Below are positions 9,130-17,299 of a stretch of DNA of 25,726 nucleotides, piece by piece (position 1 is the stretch's first letter; every line of letters starts with the position of its first letter). The stretch lies in assembly GCA_050012115.1 (NCBI GenBank), contig JBEKHU010000001.1, positions 1 to 25,726 of the forward strand, written 5' to 3'. Both the position numbers and the translations under genes were made by a program. The stretch comes from Bryobacteraceae bacterium (GTDB taxonomy: Bacteria > Acidobacteriota > Terriglobia > Bryobacterales > Bryobacteraceae). The notes below the pieces were generated by a model. That model saw only the letters and a list, made by a program, of their open reading frames with translations. It made no database searches and was not told where the DNA came from.

Positions 9130-10259
9130 TCCGGCTGACGCACGTCGTCACTGGCCTGGCGCGCGGCGGCGTGCAGATCAGCCTGCTGAATCTGTTGTCG
9201 CGGCTGAACCGGTCGGCGTTTGCGTGCGAGGTCATCTCACTCACCGACTTCGACAGTGTCAGTCATCAGATCCGCGCGCTCGGCGTGCCCGTCCGCAAAC
9301 TCGGCATGCGTCCGGGGTGTCCGAACCCCGCCGGTCTGATCAAGCTGCGCTCCTGGCTGCGGCGGAATCCGCCGGATGTGGTCCAGACGTGGATGTACCA
9401 TTCCGACCTGATCGGCGGACTGGCGGCCAGAGGGGCCGGATGCTTGCGGGTCGTGTGGGGCGTGCATTTCGGGTCGCTCGACGATTCCATCAACTGGCAC
9501 ACGTGGTTCAGCGCCAGGGCCTGCGCGCGTCTGTCGCGGTGGTTGCCGCGGAAGATCGTCTGCCCTTCGCGGGCCGTGCGCCAATGGCACGTCGGATTCG
9601 GATATCCAGAGGACAAATTCACAATCATTCCCAACGGTATCGATATCGACGAGTTCCACCCGGATCCGGAAGCTCGAGCATCGGTCCGCGCCGAACTCGG
9701 CCTCGCTCCCGATGCGCCGCTGGTGGGTCTCGTTGCGCGCTTTGATTCCCAAAAGGGCCACGGCAGCTTCGTCCAGGCAGCGGCGCGCGTGCTCGCTTCC
9801 CGGCCGGCTACAGATTTCCTGCTGTGTGGAGGCGGCGTCGACTGGGAGAATCGAACCCTGCGCGCGTGGATCGAAGCCACCGGACTGCGGAATCGTTTCC
9901 ACCTGCTCGGTGAGCGCGCGGACATGCCGCGGCTCTTTGCCGCTCTGGACGTCGCCGCTCTTTCGTCGACGTCGGAGGCGGGTCCGATGGTCATCTCGGA
10001 GGCGATGGCGTGTGGTGTGCCGTGCGCCGGCACGGACGTAGGCGACGTCGCGGAGATGATCGGCGATACGGGTTGTGTCGTGCCGCCGGAAGATCCGCAA
10101 GCCCTCGGCCAGGCGATGGTGTATTTGCTGAGCCTCGGCGCGGAGCAACGAGCGCGGATGGGTGCAGCCGCCCGCACCCGGATCCGCGAGAAGTACCTGC
10201 TCTCCGACGTAGCGCGCCGTTACGAGGCGTTGTATGCGGACTTGGTTGACCGCAACTGA
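9126..10259 (+). CDS. Glycosyltransferase family 4 (377 aa)
   Basis: TTG start overlaps the upstream TGA (TTGA). Motifs HVVTGLARGG, PDVVQTWMYHSDL, IPNGID, VARFDSQKGH and E-X7-E (EAGPMVISEAMACG). Confidence 0.85.
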   Translation: MIRLTHVVTGLARGGVQISLLNLLSRLNRSAFACEVISLTDFDSVSHQIRALGVPVRKLGMRPGCPNPAGLIKLRSWLRRNPPDVVQTWMYHSDLIGGLAARGAGCLRVVWGVHFGSLDDSINWHTWFSARACARLSRWLPRKIVCPSRAVRQWHVGFGYPEDKFTIIPNGIDIDEFHPDPEARASVRAELGLAPDAPLVGLVARFDSQKGHGSFVQAAARVLASRPATDFLLCGGGVDWENRTLRAWIEATGLRNRFHLLGERADMPRLFAALDVAALSSTSEAGPMVISEAMACGVPCAGTDVGDVAEMIGDTGCVVPPEDPQALGQAMVYLLSLGAEQRARMGAAARTRIREKYLLSDVARRYEALYADLVDRN

Positions 10260-10357
10260 CCAACGCTGAAGCGTCCGGCGCGGCGAAAGCCAGTGCTTCC
10301 GCAGCTCTCGCTCGATCTGCGTGATACTCTTGGTTGGGAAATCGACGCGCCATCGCC

Positions 10358-11206
10358 ATGCTGGTCGACTGCCACACGCACATCTGGGCTTATCCGGGCC
10401 ATCTTTCCGACGAGTTCGTGCGCGAGGCAAATGCCCGCTCGCGCGGTTTTCCCCTCGATCTGAATATCACGCCCGAGCGCCATTTCCAGGCCATGGCGGG
10501 AGTGGACAAGGCCATCGTTTTCGGTCTCCGCGCGGCCCACTCCGGCCTCTCGGTACCCAATGCCTACGTGGCGCAATACGCTGCCAGCCACCCCGGCAAA
10601 ATCATCGGATTCGGAGCGGTCGATCCCGCGACGGACGACATCCGCGCCACTCTCGACGAGATCGTCCGGCTCGGGCTGCGCGGCGTGAAGCTCGGGCCCA
10701 TCTACCAGAACGTCCACCCGTCTGACCCGCGGATGCTCGAAATCTACGACTTCTGCCAGCGCTTCCATCTGCCGGTCATGATCCACCAGGGCACCACGTT
10801 CGTGCGCACTGCCCCGCTCCAGTACGCGCTGCCGGTGCTGCTCGACGACATCGCGATCCGCTTCCCGGAACTGCGCATGATCGTGGCTCACCTGGGCCAC
10901 CCGTGGATCGACGAGACCCTGGTCGTGATCCGCAAACATCCTCACCTGTACTCCGACATTTCCGCCCTGCACTATCGCCCCTGGCAGTTCTATAACGCCC
11001 TGATCGCGGCCAAGGAATATGGGGTCCTCGACAAGCTGCTGTTCGGTTCGGACTTTCCGTTCACCACGCCGGAAGCCCAGATCGAGGGACTTCACAATCT
11101 CCATTGCCTCGTCGAAGGCACCAATCTGCCGCGCCTGTCGGCCGACGAAATCGACCGTCTGATTCACAGCCCCACGCTCGCCCGCCTGGGCCTGGAGGAC
11201 GCATGA
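10358..11206 (+). CDS. Amidohydrolase_2-family metal-dependent hydrolase/decarboxylase (282 aa)
   Basis: Motifs VDCHTH (HxH), GVKLGP, IHQG, VAHLG, YSDISAL and LFGSDFP. Confidence 0.85.
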   Translation: MLVDCHTHIWAYPGHLSDEFVREANARSRGFPLDLNITPERHFQAMAGVDKAIVFGLRAAHSGLSVPNAYVAQYAASHPGKIIGFGAVDPATDDIRATLDEIVRLGLRGVKLGPIYQNVHPSDPRMLEIYDFCQRFHLPVMIHQGTTFVRTAPLQYALPVLLDDIAIRFPELRMIVAHLGHPWIDETLVVIRKHPHLYSDISALHYRPWQFYNALIAAKEYGVLDKLLFGSDFPFTTPEAQIEGLHNLHCLVEGTNLPRLSADEIDRLIHSPTLARLGLEDA

Positions 11207-12351
11207 AAATCACCGACGTGGAAGTCATCATCCTCGAGGCGCCGGGCGGCTACGGCTCGCCGGCCGATGAATACGGCGAGACCAGCGGCTTCAAGTACCT
11301 GGCCATCCTGCGCGTGTCCACCGACGCGGGGATCACAGGCTACTCCGACCTCGAGACGCAGCCGCAGGTCGCCCGCGCCATCGTCGAGGCCTCCGGTGAA
11401 GGGCTGGCTCCGGGCTTCCAAGGTCTGCGCGAGACCCTGCTGGGCGAGGACCCTTTCGAAGTCGAGCGCCTCTGGCACAAGATGTACATGGCGACGGTCT
11501 ACTATGGCCGGCGCGGCGCCGCCATTCAGGTCATCTCGGGCGTGGACATCGCGCTCTGGGACATCATCGGCAAGAGCACGGGCCAGCCGGTGTGGAAGCT
11601 GCTCGGCGGCGGCTATCGCGACCGCGTCCGGGCCTACGCCAGCACGCTCTTCCGCGACCAGCCGAAGGAAATGGAAGACGCCTGCCGCCGGTACATCGAG
11701 CAGGGGTTCACCGCCGTCAAGTTCGGGTGGGGCGTGTTCGGCCAGGACCCGGTCCGCGACGAGTGTCTCGTTGCCGCGGCCAGGAAGGCGCTCGGCGACA
11801 CGCCCGATCTGCTGATCGACGCCGGCTGGTACGTCCAGCGGACTCCCAAAGAAGCGATTCGCATGGTCCGGTCCCTGGAGCCCTACCGCCCGTTCTTCGT
11901 CGAGGAGCCGCTGTCGCCCGAGGACTACGACGGCTACGCGCAACTCGCCGCGGCGGTCGACACGCCCATCGCCTGCGGCGAGCAGGAATCCACCGAGTGG
12001 GGTTTCCGCGCGCTGATCGAGCAGGGCCAGGTGGACATCCTGCAACCGGACCTGTCCCGTTGCGGCGGATTCACCGCGGCCCGCAAGATCGCGCACCTGG
12101 CGGAACTGCACAACCGCCTGGTCATCCCGCACGCCTGGTTGTCGGATCTGCTCACGGCCGCATCCCTGCATCTGAATGCGTTTCTCAAGCGTTCGGTGTT
12201 CCAGGAGTTCAACGTGACCCGGGGTCCGCTCAGCCGCGAAATCGCAATGAATCCGATTGTGATGCGCGACGGCTTCCTGTCTGTCCCGCAGGGGCCGGGG
12301 CTGGGGATCGAAGTGGACGAGGCGGCACTCCTCAAGTACCGCGTGGATTAG
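11203..12351 (+). CDS. Enolase-superfamily (mandelate racemase subgroup) enzyme, probable acid-sugar dehydratase (382 aa)
   Basis: ATGA overlap with the amidohydrolase stop. MKITDV start, GVDIALWDIIGK, metal ligands D (LIDAG), E (VEEP) and E (CGEQ), an Asp/His pair (QPD...IPH) and the C-terminal PQGPGLGIEVD. Confidence 0.9.
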   Translation: MKITDVEVIILEAPGGYGSPADEYGETSGFKYLAILRVSTDAGITGYSDLETQPQVARAIVEASGEGLAPGFQGLRETLLGEDPFEVERLWHKMYMATVYYGRRGAAIQVISGVDIALWDIIGKSTGQPVWKLLGGGYRDRVRAYASTLFRDQPKEMEDACRRYIEQGFTAVKFGWGVFGQDPVRDECLVAAARKALGDTPDLLIDAGWYVQRTPKEAIRMVRSLEPYRPFFVEEPLSPEDYDGYAQLAAAVDTPIACGEQESTEWGFRALIEQGQVDILQPDLSRCGGFTAARKIAHLAELHNRLVIPHAWLSDLLTAASLHLNAFLKRSVFQEFNVTRGPLSREIAMNPIVMRDGFLSVPQGPGLGIEVDEAALLKYRVD

Positions 12352-12384
12352 CGGTTTTCAACACTCAGCTCGGGAGCAAAAAAT

Positions 12385-13173
12385 ATGGACCGGCTCAAAG
12401 ACAAAATCGCGATGGTCACCGGCGCGGCCAACGGCATCGGCAAGGCGATCAGCGAACTGTTCGCCGAAGAAGGCGCCTGGGTGCTCGTCACGGATATCGA
12501 GGACCAGGCGGGCATCGAAACCGTCCACGGCATTGTGGAGTGCGGCGGCGCGGCCGCGTACTGCCACTGCGACGTGTCTTCGCGCGCGGACGTCGAGGCG
12601 GCGATGGCGCGAGCGCTGAATCACAAGGGCGTCATCGACATCCTCGTCAACAACGCCGCCTACCTGATCGAGGATTTTCACGGCGCTCTGGACAGCACCG
12701 ACGACGAGTGGCGCAAGTGCATCGACGTGGCCCTGCTGGGAACCCACCACTGCACCCAGGCCGCGCTTCCGCACATGATCGGGCGGAAACGCGGCTCCAT
12801 CGTCAACGTCGTTTCCATCCAGGCGATGGAAGGCATGATGACCTCGGTCGCCTACACCGCCACCAAGGCGGCTCTGCTCGGCTACACGATGAGCGTGGCC
12901 TACGATTACGGCCTCGATAACATCCGCGTTAACTCGCTTTGTCCGGGACCGATCCAGACGCGCATCGGCGCCGAACCCGGCGGCCTGCATTACCGATGGC
13001 AATGCGACCAGACGACTCTCGGCCGGGTCGGGGAGCCGCGGGAGGTGGCCTCGGCGGCGTTGTTCCTGGCCTCGGATGAGGCGTCTTATGTCACCGGGGC
13101 GACGCTTCCGGTGGACGGCGGCTGGACCGCCAGCAGCGCGCGCCCGCCCCGCCCGGGCGACCATGCCGGCTGA
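12385..13173 (+). CDS. Classical short-chain dehydrogenase/reductase (262 aa)
   Basis: Motifs TGAANGIG, NNA, catalytic S and YTATK, IRVNSLCPG and YVTGATLPVDGG. Confidence 0.92.
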   Translation: MDRLKDKIAMVTGAANGIGKAISELFAEEGAWVLVTDIEDQAGIETVHGIVECGGAAAYCHCDVSSRADVEAAMARALNHKGVIDILVNNAAYLIEDFHGALDSTDDEWRKCIDVALLGTHHCTQAALPHMIGRKRGSIVNVVSIQAMEGMMTSVAYTATKAALLGYTMSVAYDYGLDNIRVNSLCPGPIQTRIGAEPGGLHYRWQCDQTTLGRVGEPREVASAALFLASDEASYVTGATLPVDGGWTASSARPPRPGDHAG

Positions 13174-13184
13174 TCATTCCAGCG

Positions 13185-13207
13185 AAACGGCCCAAGCTGG
13201 GCCGTTT
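13185..13207. terminator. Hairpin between the convergent SDR and RraA genes
   Basis: AAACGGCCCA-AGC-TGGGCCGTTT, a perfect 10-bp stem 12 nt after the SDR stop. The U-tract is short. Confidence 0.45.
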
Positions 13208-13344
13208 GTCCTACCTGGAATCAACGACATACAGACAAATATGGCCCAATTTGGGCCACTCTGCCCGTGACTGCTTCCAGTTTCACCGCGATGTGAACAC
13301 TTCGGACTCGAGCAGAGGCCGAGCGCGATCCGGGCTGCTCTTTG

Positions 13345-14043
13345 TTACAGGACGCCGTACTTGTCGTACACCGTCCGCAGATACGCGCCCTCGATCAGGT
13401 CCTTGCGGCTGTGGTCCTCGCTCGCCGCCTTCTCGGTTGCCTTCCGGACGACTTCCGCGACCACGGCCGCCGGAACGGCGACGATGCCGTCGTAGTCGGC
13501 GACGATCAGGTCGCCGGGGGTCACCAGCACGCCGCCGCAATCCACCGGAACGTTGTAGTCCAGCACGATTCCGCGGCCCATGGAATCCACCGGCTTGATG
13601 CCGCGCGCGAACACCGGGAACCCGAGTTCCTCGATCTTCCTCACGTCGCGCACCAGCCCATCGATCACGGCGCCGCGGCCTCCGCGCGCCCGCGCCGCGG
13701 TCGACAGCAGCTCGCCCCAGGGTGCGTTCTGGGTCGAACCGGCGGTCCCGATCACGACCACCTCGCCCGGCAGGATGCTGTCCACGGCTTCGATCTCCAT
13801 GCCGTACGGGTCCTTGGGGCTGTGATACACGTCGACGTACGAGATCGTGCGCGCCCATCCGGCAAAGCGGCACTTCGGAAACAGCGGGCGGATGTTCTCG
13901 CGCATCGCCTGATTCCGAATGCCCAACTGATCGAGCGAGTCCGAGATTACGGCCGTGTAGAGCGTGCGCTCCACCTGCTCGAACAGCGCGAGATCGGCAG
14001 CCGAGGCCGCGGTGCCGCGTGCGCGTCCGGTTGATTCGTTCAT
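13345..14043 (-). CDS. RraA / HMG-aldolase (LigK-like) family protein (232 aa)
   Basis: Motifs AVISDSLD, IRPL, AGWART, WGEL, GAVIDGLVRD and PGDLIVADYDGIVAVP. Confidence 0.88.
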   Translation of the reverse strand: MNESTGRARGTAASAADLALFEQVERTLYTAVISDSLDQLGIRNQAMRENIRPLFPKCRFAGWARTISYVDVYHSPKDPYGMEIEAVDSILPGEVVVIGTAGSTQNAPWGELLSTAARARGGRGAVIDGLVRDVRKIEELGFPVFARGIKPVDSMGRGIVLDYNVPVDCGGVLVTPGDLIVADYDGIVAVPAAVVAEVVRKATEKAASEDHSRKDLIEGAYLRTVYDKYGVL

Positions 14044-14080
14044 GGCCTCAGGTTAGCCGGATGCCGGCGTCGTCAACAAC

Positions 14081-15076
14081 TCAGGCACCGTCCGCTTTGT
14101 CCGGCCGCATGGATGCATTCGGCGCGCCTTTCCTCCGCTTCTCGATCCACGCCAGGATCTCGCCCTCGTAGACCGTGACGATCAGGGTCCCGATGAGAAC
14201 GATCAGTCCTCCGGCGAGCATCGTTGCGGTGATCGATTCCTTCAGCACCACGACCGCCAGCAGCCCGATGAAAAACGGCAGCACGTAATTGCTCAAGGTG
14301 GCCTGCGTGACGTCCAGCCGCTTGAGGATCGCGAAAAACAGCAGCATCGACAGCCCGTAGACGATCAGCGCCAGTTCGAGCAGCCCCATCATCGCCCCGC
14401 GGTCCAGTTGCGCCAGGGCGGCCGGCTGCAGCGGCTCGACGAACAGGAACAGCGGGATGCTCGCGATGCTGGCGGCGACCGACGTGTAAACAAGGATTTC
14501 CAGTTCCGTGTATTTCTTCTCGATCAGCAGCTTGCAGTACGTGTTGTAGAACGCCGAGCCCGCGCAGGCCACGAAGAACAGCGCGTTCCCAACGAGATAC
14601 TGCCGCCCGCCGAAGCTCGCGCCGCGCAGGTCCGGCACGGAAGTGAGCAGCACGCCGCACAGCGCTAGCACGAATCCGAAGACGCGCACCGCGTTCAGCC
14701 GCTCCTGGAGCATGATCGAGGCCGCGACCGCCACCAGGACCGGAATGCTCAGCGTGATGATGGCGGCGTTGGCCGCCAGGGTCCGCTGCGCGCCCAGCGT
14801 GTACGTGAGCTGAACCAGAAAGAAGCCGAAGACTCCCGCCACGGCGAAGTGGCGCGCGTCGCGCCAGCGCCACTGGAACGGGCGGCCCAGCCGGCGGCCC
14901 TCGTACCACAGCGCGGGGATAAACAGCAGCGTGCTGAGGATCATCGGCACGAACGCGATCGCCACCGGGCCCAGACGGTTGCCAATCAGCTTGATGACCG
15001 GCGCCTGGGTGGCCCACATAAAGTTGATCGCCATCAGCAGCAGCCAGTCGAGGTATTTGCGGGCTTGGGGCGTCAC
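14081..15076 (-). CDS. EamA/DMT-family transporter (331 aa)
   Basis: GTG start with GAGGTG upstream. Two EamA repeats and about 10 TMs. Motifs WATQAPVIK, LQER, GSAFYNTYCK and VLKESIT. Confidence 0.88.
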   Translation of the reverse strand: MTPQARKYLDWLLLMAINFMWATQAPVIKLIGNRLGPVAIAFVPMILSTLLFIPALWYEGRRLGRPFQWRWRDARHFAVAGVFGFFLVQLTYTLGAQRTLAANAAIITLSIPVLVAVAASIMLQERLNAVRVFGFVLALCGVLLTSVPDLRGASFGGRQYLVGNALFFVACAGSAFYNTYCKLLIEKKYTELEILVYTSVAASIASIPLFLFVEPLQPAALAQLDRGAMMGLLELALIVYGLSMLLFFAILKRLDVTQATLSNYVLPFFIGLLAVVVLKESITATMLAGGLIVLIGTLIVTVYEGEILAWIEKRRKGAPNASMRPDKADGA

Positions 15077-15260
15077 GTCATCTCACCTCAGTTCGTCCGC
15101 GGCTCGCGATGGACCGCTGCGGCATGAGTCGATCATCCCACGCGCGGTCGGCAGGGGTCACCTCGTTTGAAGGACCCGCGCCGCGCGGCGCACCGCGCGA
15201 AAACCGCGTTTTCACCGTGAAAACACCGTGTTTTTACCGTAAAAACACCGTTTTTTCGTG

Positions 15261-15525
15261 CACCGTGCGTCACGGTGGATCTATTGCAATCAAAGGAGTT
15301 ATTGAGATTTCACCGTGCAATTCACCGCACATTAACATGCGTCACCGTGCGTCACGGTGGATCTGCTGCAATATAAGGACTTACGCAGATTAAAATGCCA
15401 CATTAACATGCTGCACCGTACGTCACGGTGGATCTGTGGCAATCAAAGGACTTAGCAACATTAACACGCACATTTCTTCGCGCGCACCGTACTTCACGGT
15501 GTATCTGTTGCAATCAAAGGACTTA
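15261..15525. repeat. Array of four 41-bp palindromic repeats (15261-15301, 15343-15383, 15414-15454, 15485-15525)
   Basis: Consensus CACCGTRCGTCACGGTGGATCTRYTGCAATCAAAGGACTTA. Start-to-start spacing is 82, 71 and 71 bp. The 5' part is the inverted repeat CACCGTG-N3-CACGGTG. Confidence 0.9.
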
Positions 15526-15696
15526 TTGAAAAACACCGTGCAGCGGTCAAACGGTCCGCGTGGACGGTGTTTTCGGTCCCCCGGACGGGCCTCCAGCGAC
15601 GTAGTGCAAACGTAAAAAGCACCCGTCGGGGCCAAGCTGTAGTAGAGTGTTGGTGAACCGTTCTGGTCGGGGCAAGTGAGGATTGGTGTCTCTGTT

Positions 15697-17115
15697 ATGC
15701 CCTTCATTCATAATGATTTCCTGTTAGGCGGCGCCGCCGCCCGCAAGCTCTACCATCATTGGGCCGAGGACGGGCCGATTCTCGACTTCCACTGCCATCT
15801 CTCGCCGCGCGACATCGCCGAAAACCGCACCTTTGCCAACCTGCACGAAATCTGGCTCGAAGGCGACCACTACAAGTGGCGAGCGATGCGCGCCAACGGC
15901 GTTCCAGAGAACCTGTGCACCGGTTCGGCGGACCCCTACGACAAGTTCCTGGCGTGGGCCAGCACGGTCCCCAGCACCCTCCGTAACCCGTTGTATCATT
16001 GGACCCATCTCGAGCTGAAACGCTATTTCGGCATCGACGATCTGCTGGACGAAACCACCGCACCGCGGATCTGGGAGATCACCAAAGCCCGGCTCAGCGG
16101 CGACGACCTGACGGCGTGGGGCATCCTGAAGAAATTCGACGTGCGGGCCGTGTGCACCACCGACGATCCGGTGGACGACCTGCGCTGGCACTGGCAGTTG
16201 CAGAGCCTGGCCTGCCCGGCGGCCGTGTTCCCGACCTTCCGTCCCGACAAGGCGCTGACTGTGCATATCCCCGAGGTGTTCAACGCCTGGACCGATGCGC
16301 TGGCCGAGGCGGCGAACCTGGAGATCCGCGCGTTAGCCGATTTCCTGGAGGCCCTGCGCCGCAGGCACGACTTCTTCCACGGCATGGGCTGCCGCCTTTC
16401 GGATCACGGCCTGGCCTTCTGCCCGCGGATGGACGGCACAGAGGCGGATGCGGAGGCGGCGTTCCGGCGGGCCCGCCTGGGCCTGGCCGCCTCGCCCGGG
16501 CAGCAGCAGCGTTTCGCCGGTTTCCTGATGCGCTTTTTCGGCCGCCTGGACGCGGAGAAGGGCTGGACCAAGCAACTGCACCTGGGCGCGCGCCGCGGCA
16601 ACAGCACGCGCGGGTTCCTGCAGTCCGGCCCCGACAGCGGTTTCGATTCGATTGGCGACTGGCCGCAGATCGACGCCCTGGGGGCCTACCTGGACGCGCT
16701 GGAGCGCGAGAACAGCCTGCCCAAGATAGTGCTCTACAACATGAATCCAGGGGACTTTTACACCTTTGCGACGATGGCCGGCAATTTCATGAGCGGCCGC
16801 ACCGGCGAGAGCGCGGTGCCGGGCCGGATCCAGCTCGGCAGCGGCTGGTGGTTCCTGGATCAGAAGGAGGGCATCGAGGCGCAGATCAACGCCATTTCGA
16901 GCTGCGGCCTGCTGTCGCGCTTCATCGGCATGCTGACCGACTCGCGCAGCTTCATGTCCTTCCCGCGCCACGAGTACTTCCGCCGCGTGCTGGCCAACGT
17001 CGTGGGGCGCGACATGGAACAGGGATTGATTCCGGACCGCGAGGAGCTGATCGGAACGATGATCCGCGGCATCTGTTACTCCAACGCGCGCAGCTTCCTC
17101 GGGCTGTCGATCTAG
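15697..17115 (+). CDS. uxaC: Uronate (glucuronate) isomerase (472 aa)
   Basis: Motifs MPFIHNDFLL, DFHCHL, WLEGDHYKWRAMRANG, NPLYHWTHLELKRYFG, GWWFLDQ and MLTDSRSFMSFPRHEYFRR. Confidence 0.96.
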   Translation: MPFIHNDFLLGGAAARKLYHHWAEDGPILDFHCHLSPRDIAENRTFANLHEIWLEGDHYKWRAMRANGVPENLCTGSADPYDKFLAWASTVPSTLRNPLYHWTHLELKRYFGIDDLLDETTAPRIWEITKARLSGDDLTAWGILKKFDVRAVCTTDDPVDDLRWHWQLQSLACPAAVFPTFRPDKALTVHIPEVFNAWTDALAEAANLEIRALADFLEALRRRHDFFHGMGCRLSDHGLAFCPRMDGTEADAEAAFRRARLGLAASPGQQQRFAGFLMRFFGRLDAEKGWTKQLHLGARRGNSTRGFLQSGPDSGFDSIGDWPQIDALGAYLDALERENSLPKIVLYNMNPGDFYTFATMAGNFMSGRTGESAVPGRIQLGSGWWFLDQKEGIEAQINAISSCGLLSRFIGMLTDSRSFMSFPRHEYFRRVLANVVGRDMEQGLIPDREELIGTMIRGICYSNARSFLGLSI

Positions 17116-17280
17116 CGCGGAGGGAGGAAGCGTGCGTCCTAGAGCGGTTTGTGAAAACGCGGGGACAGACGGCTCTGTCCACACGGCGCAGTGGAGGCAG
17201 AACTTGGATAGGAGGAGGCGTGCGCGCCTAGGACAGAGACGTCAGTCCCCGGTTTTCGCTTTCTCGGGCTGTCGATCTAG
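17093..17280. repeat. 142-bp insert (17116-17257) flanked by 23-bp direct repeats of the uxaC 3' end, with internal inverted repeats (REP/MITE-like or integration scar)
   Basis: GCTTCCTCGGGCTGTCGATCTAG (17093-17115) versus GCTTTCTCGGGCTGTCGATCTAG (17258-17280), 22/23 identical. Internal arms 17153-17180 and 17231-17257 are imperfect inverted repeats. Confidence 0.75.
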
Positions 17281-17299
17281 GCTCGCGGGCCGGGGCCAA

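Noticed and set aside
15261-15525. CRISPR array call for the four 41-bp repeats
   Set aside because: The linkers share sequence (CACATTAACATGC twice) and are uneven (41/30/30). The repeats are degenerate throughout rather than only at one end, and no cas gene is present.
15109-15707. Two 94-aa ORFs (15109-15393 plus, 15423-15707 minus) across the repeat array
   Set aside because: Translation merely reflects the DNA repeats, with no RBS and atypical codon usage. Conservation among copies does not follow codon positions.
17116-17257. Autonomous IS element
   Set aside because: It is only 142 bp, with no transposase ORF here or elsewhere in the window. It is kept only as a non-autonomous scar.
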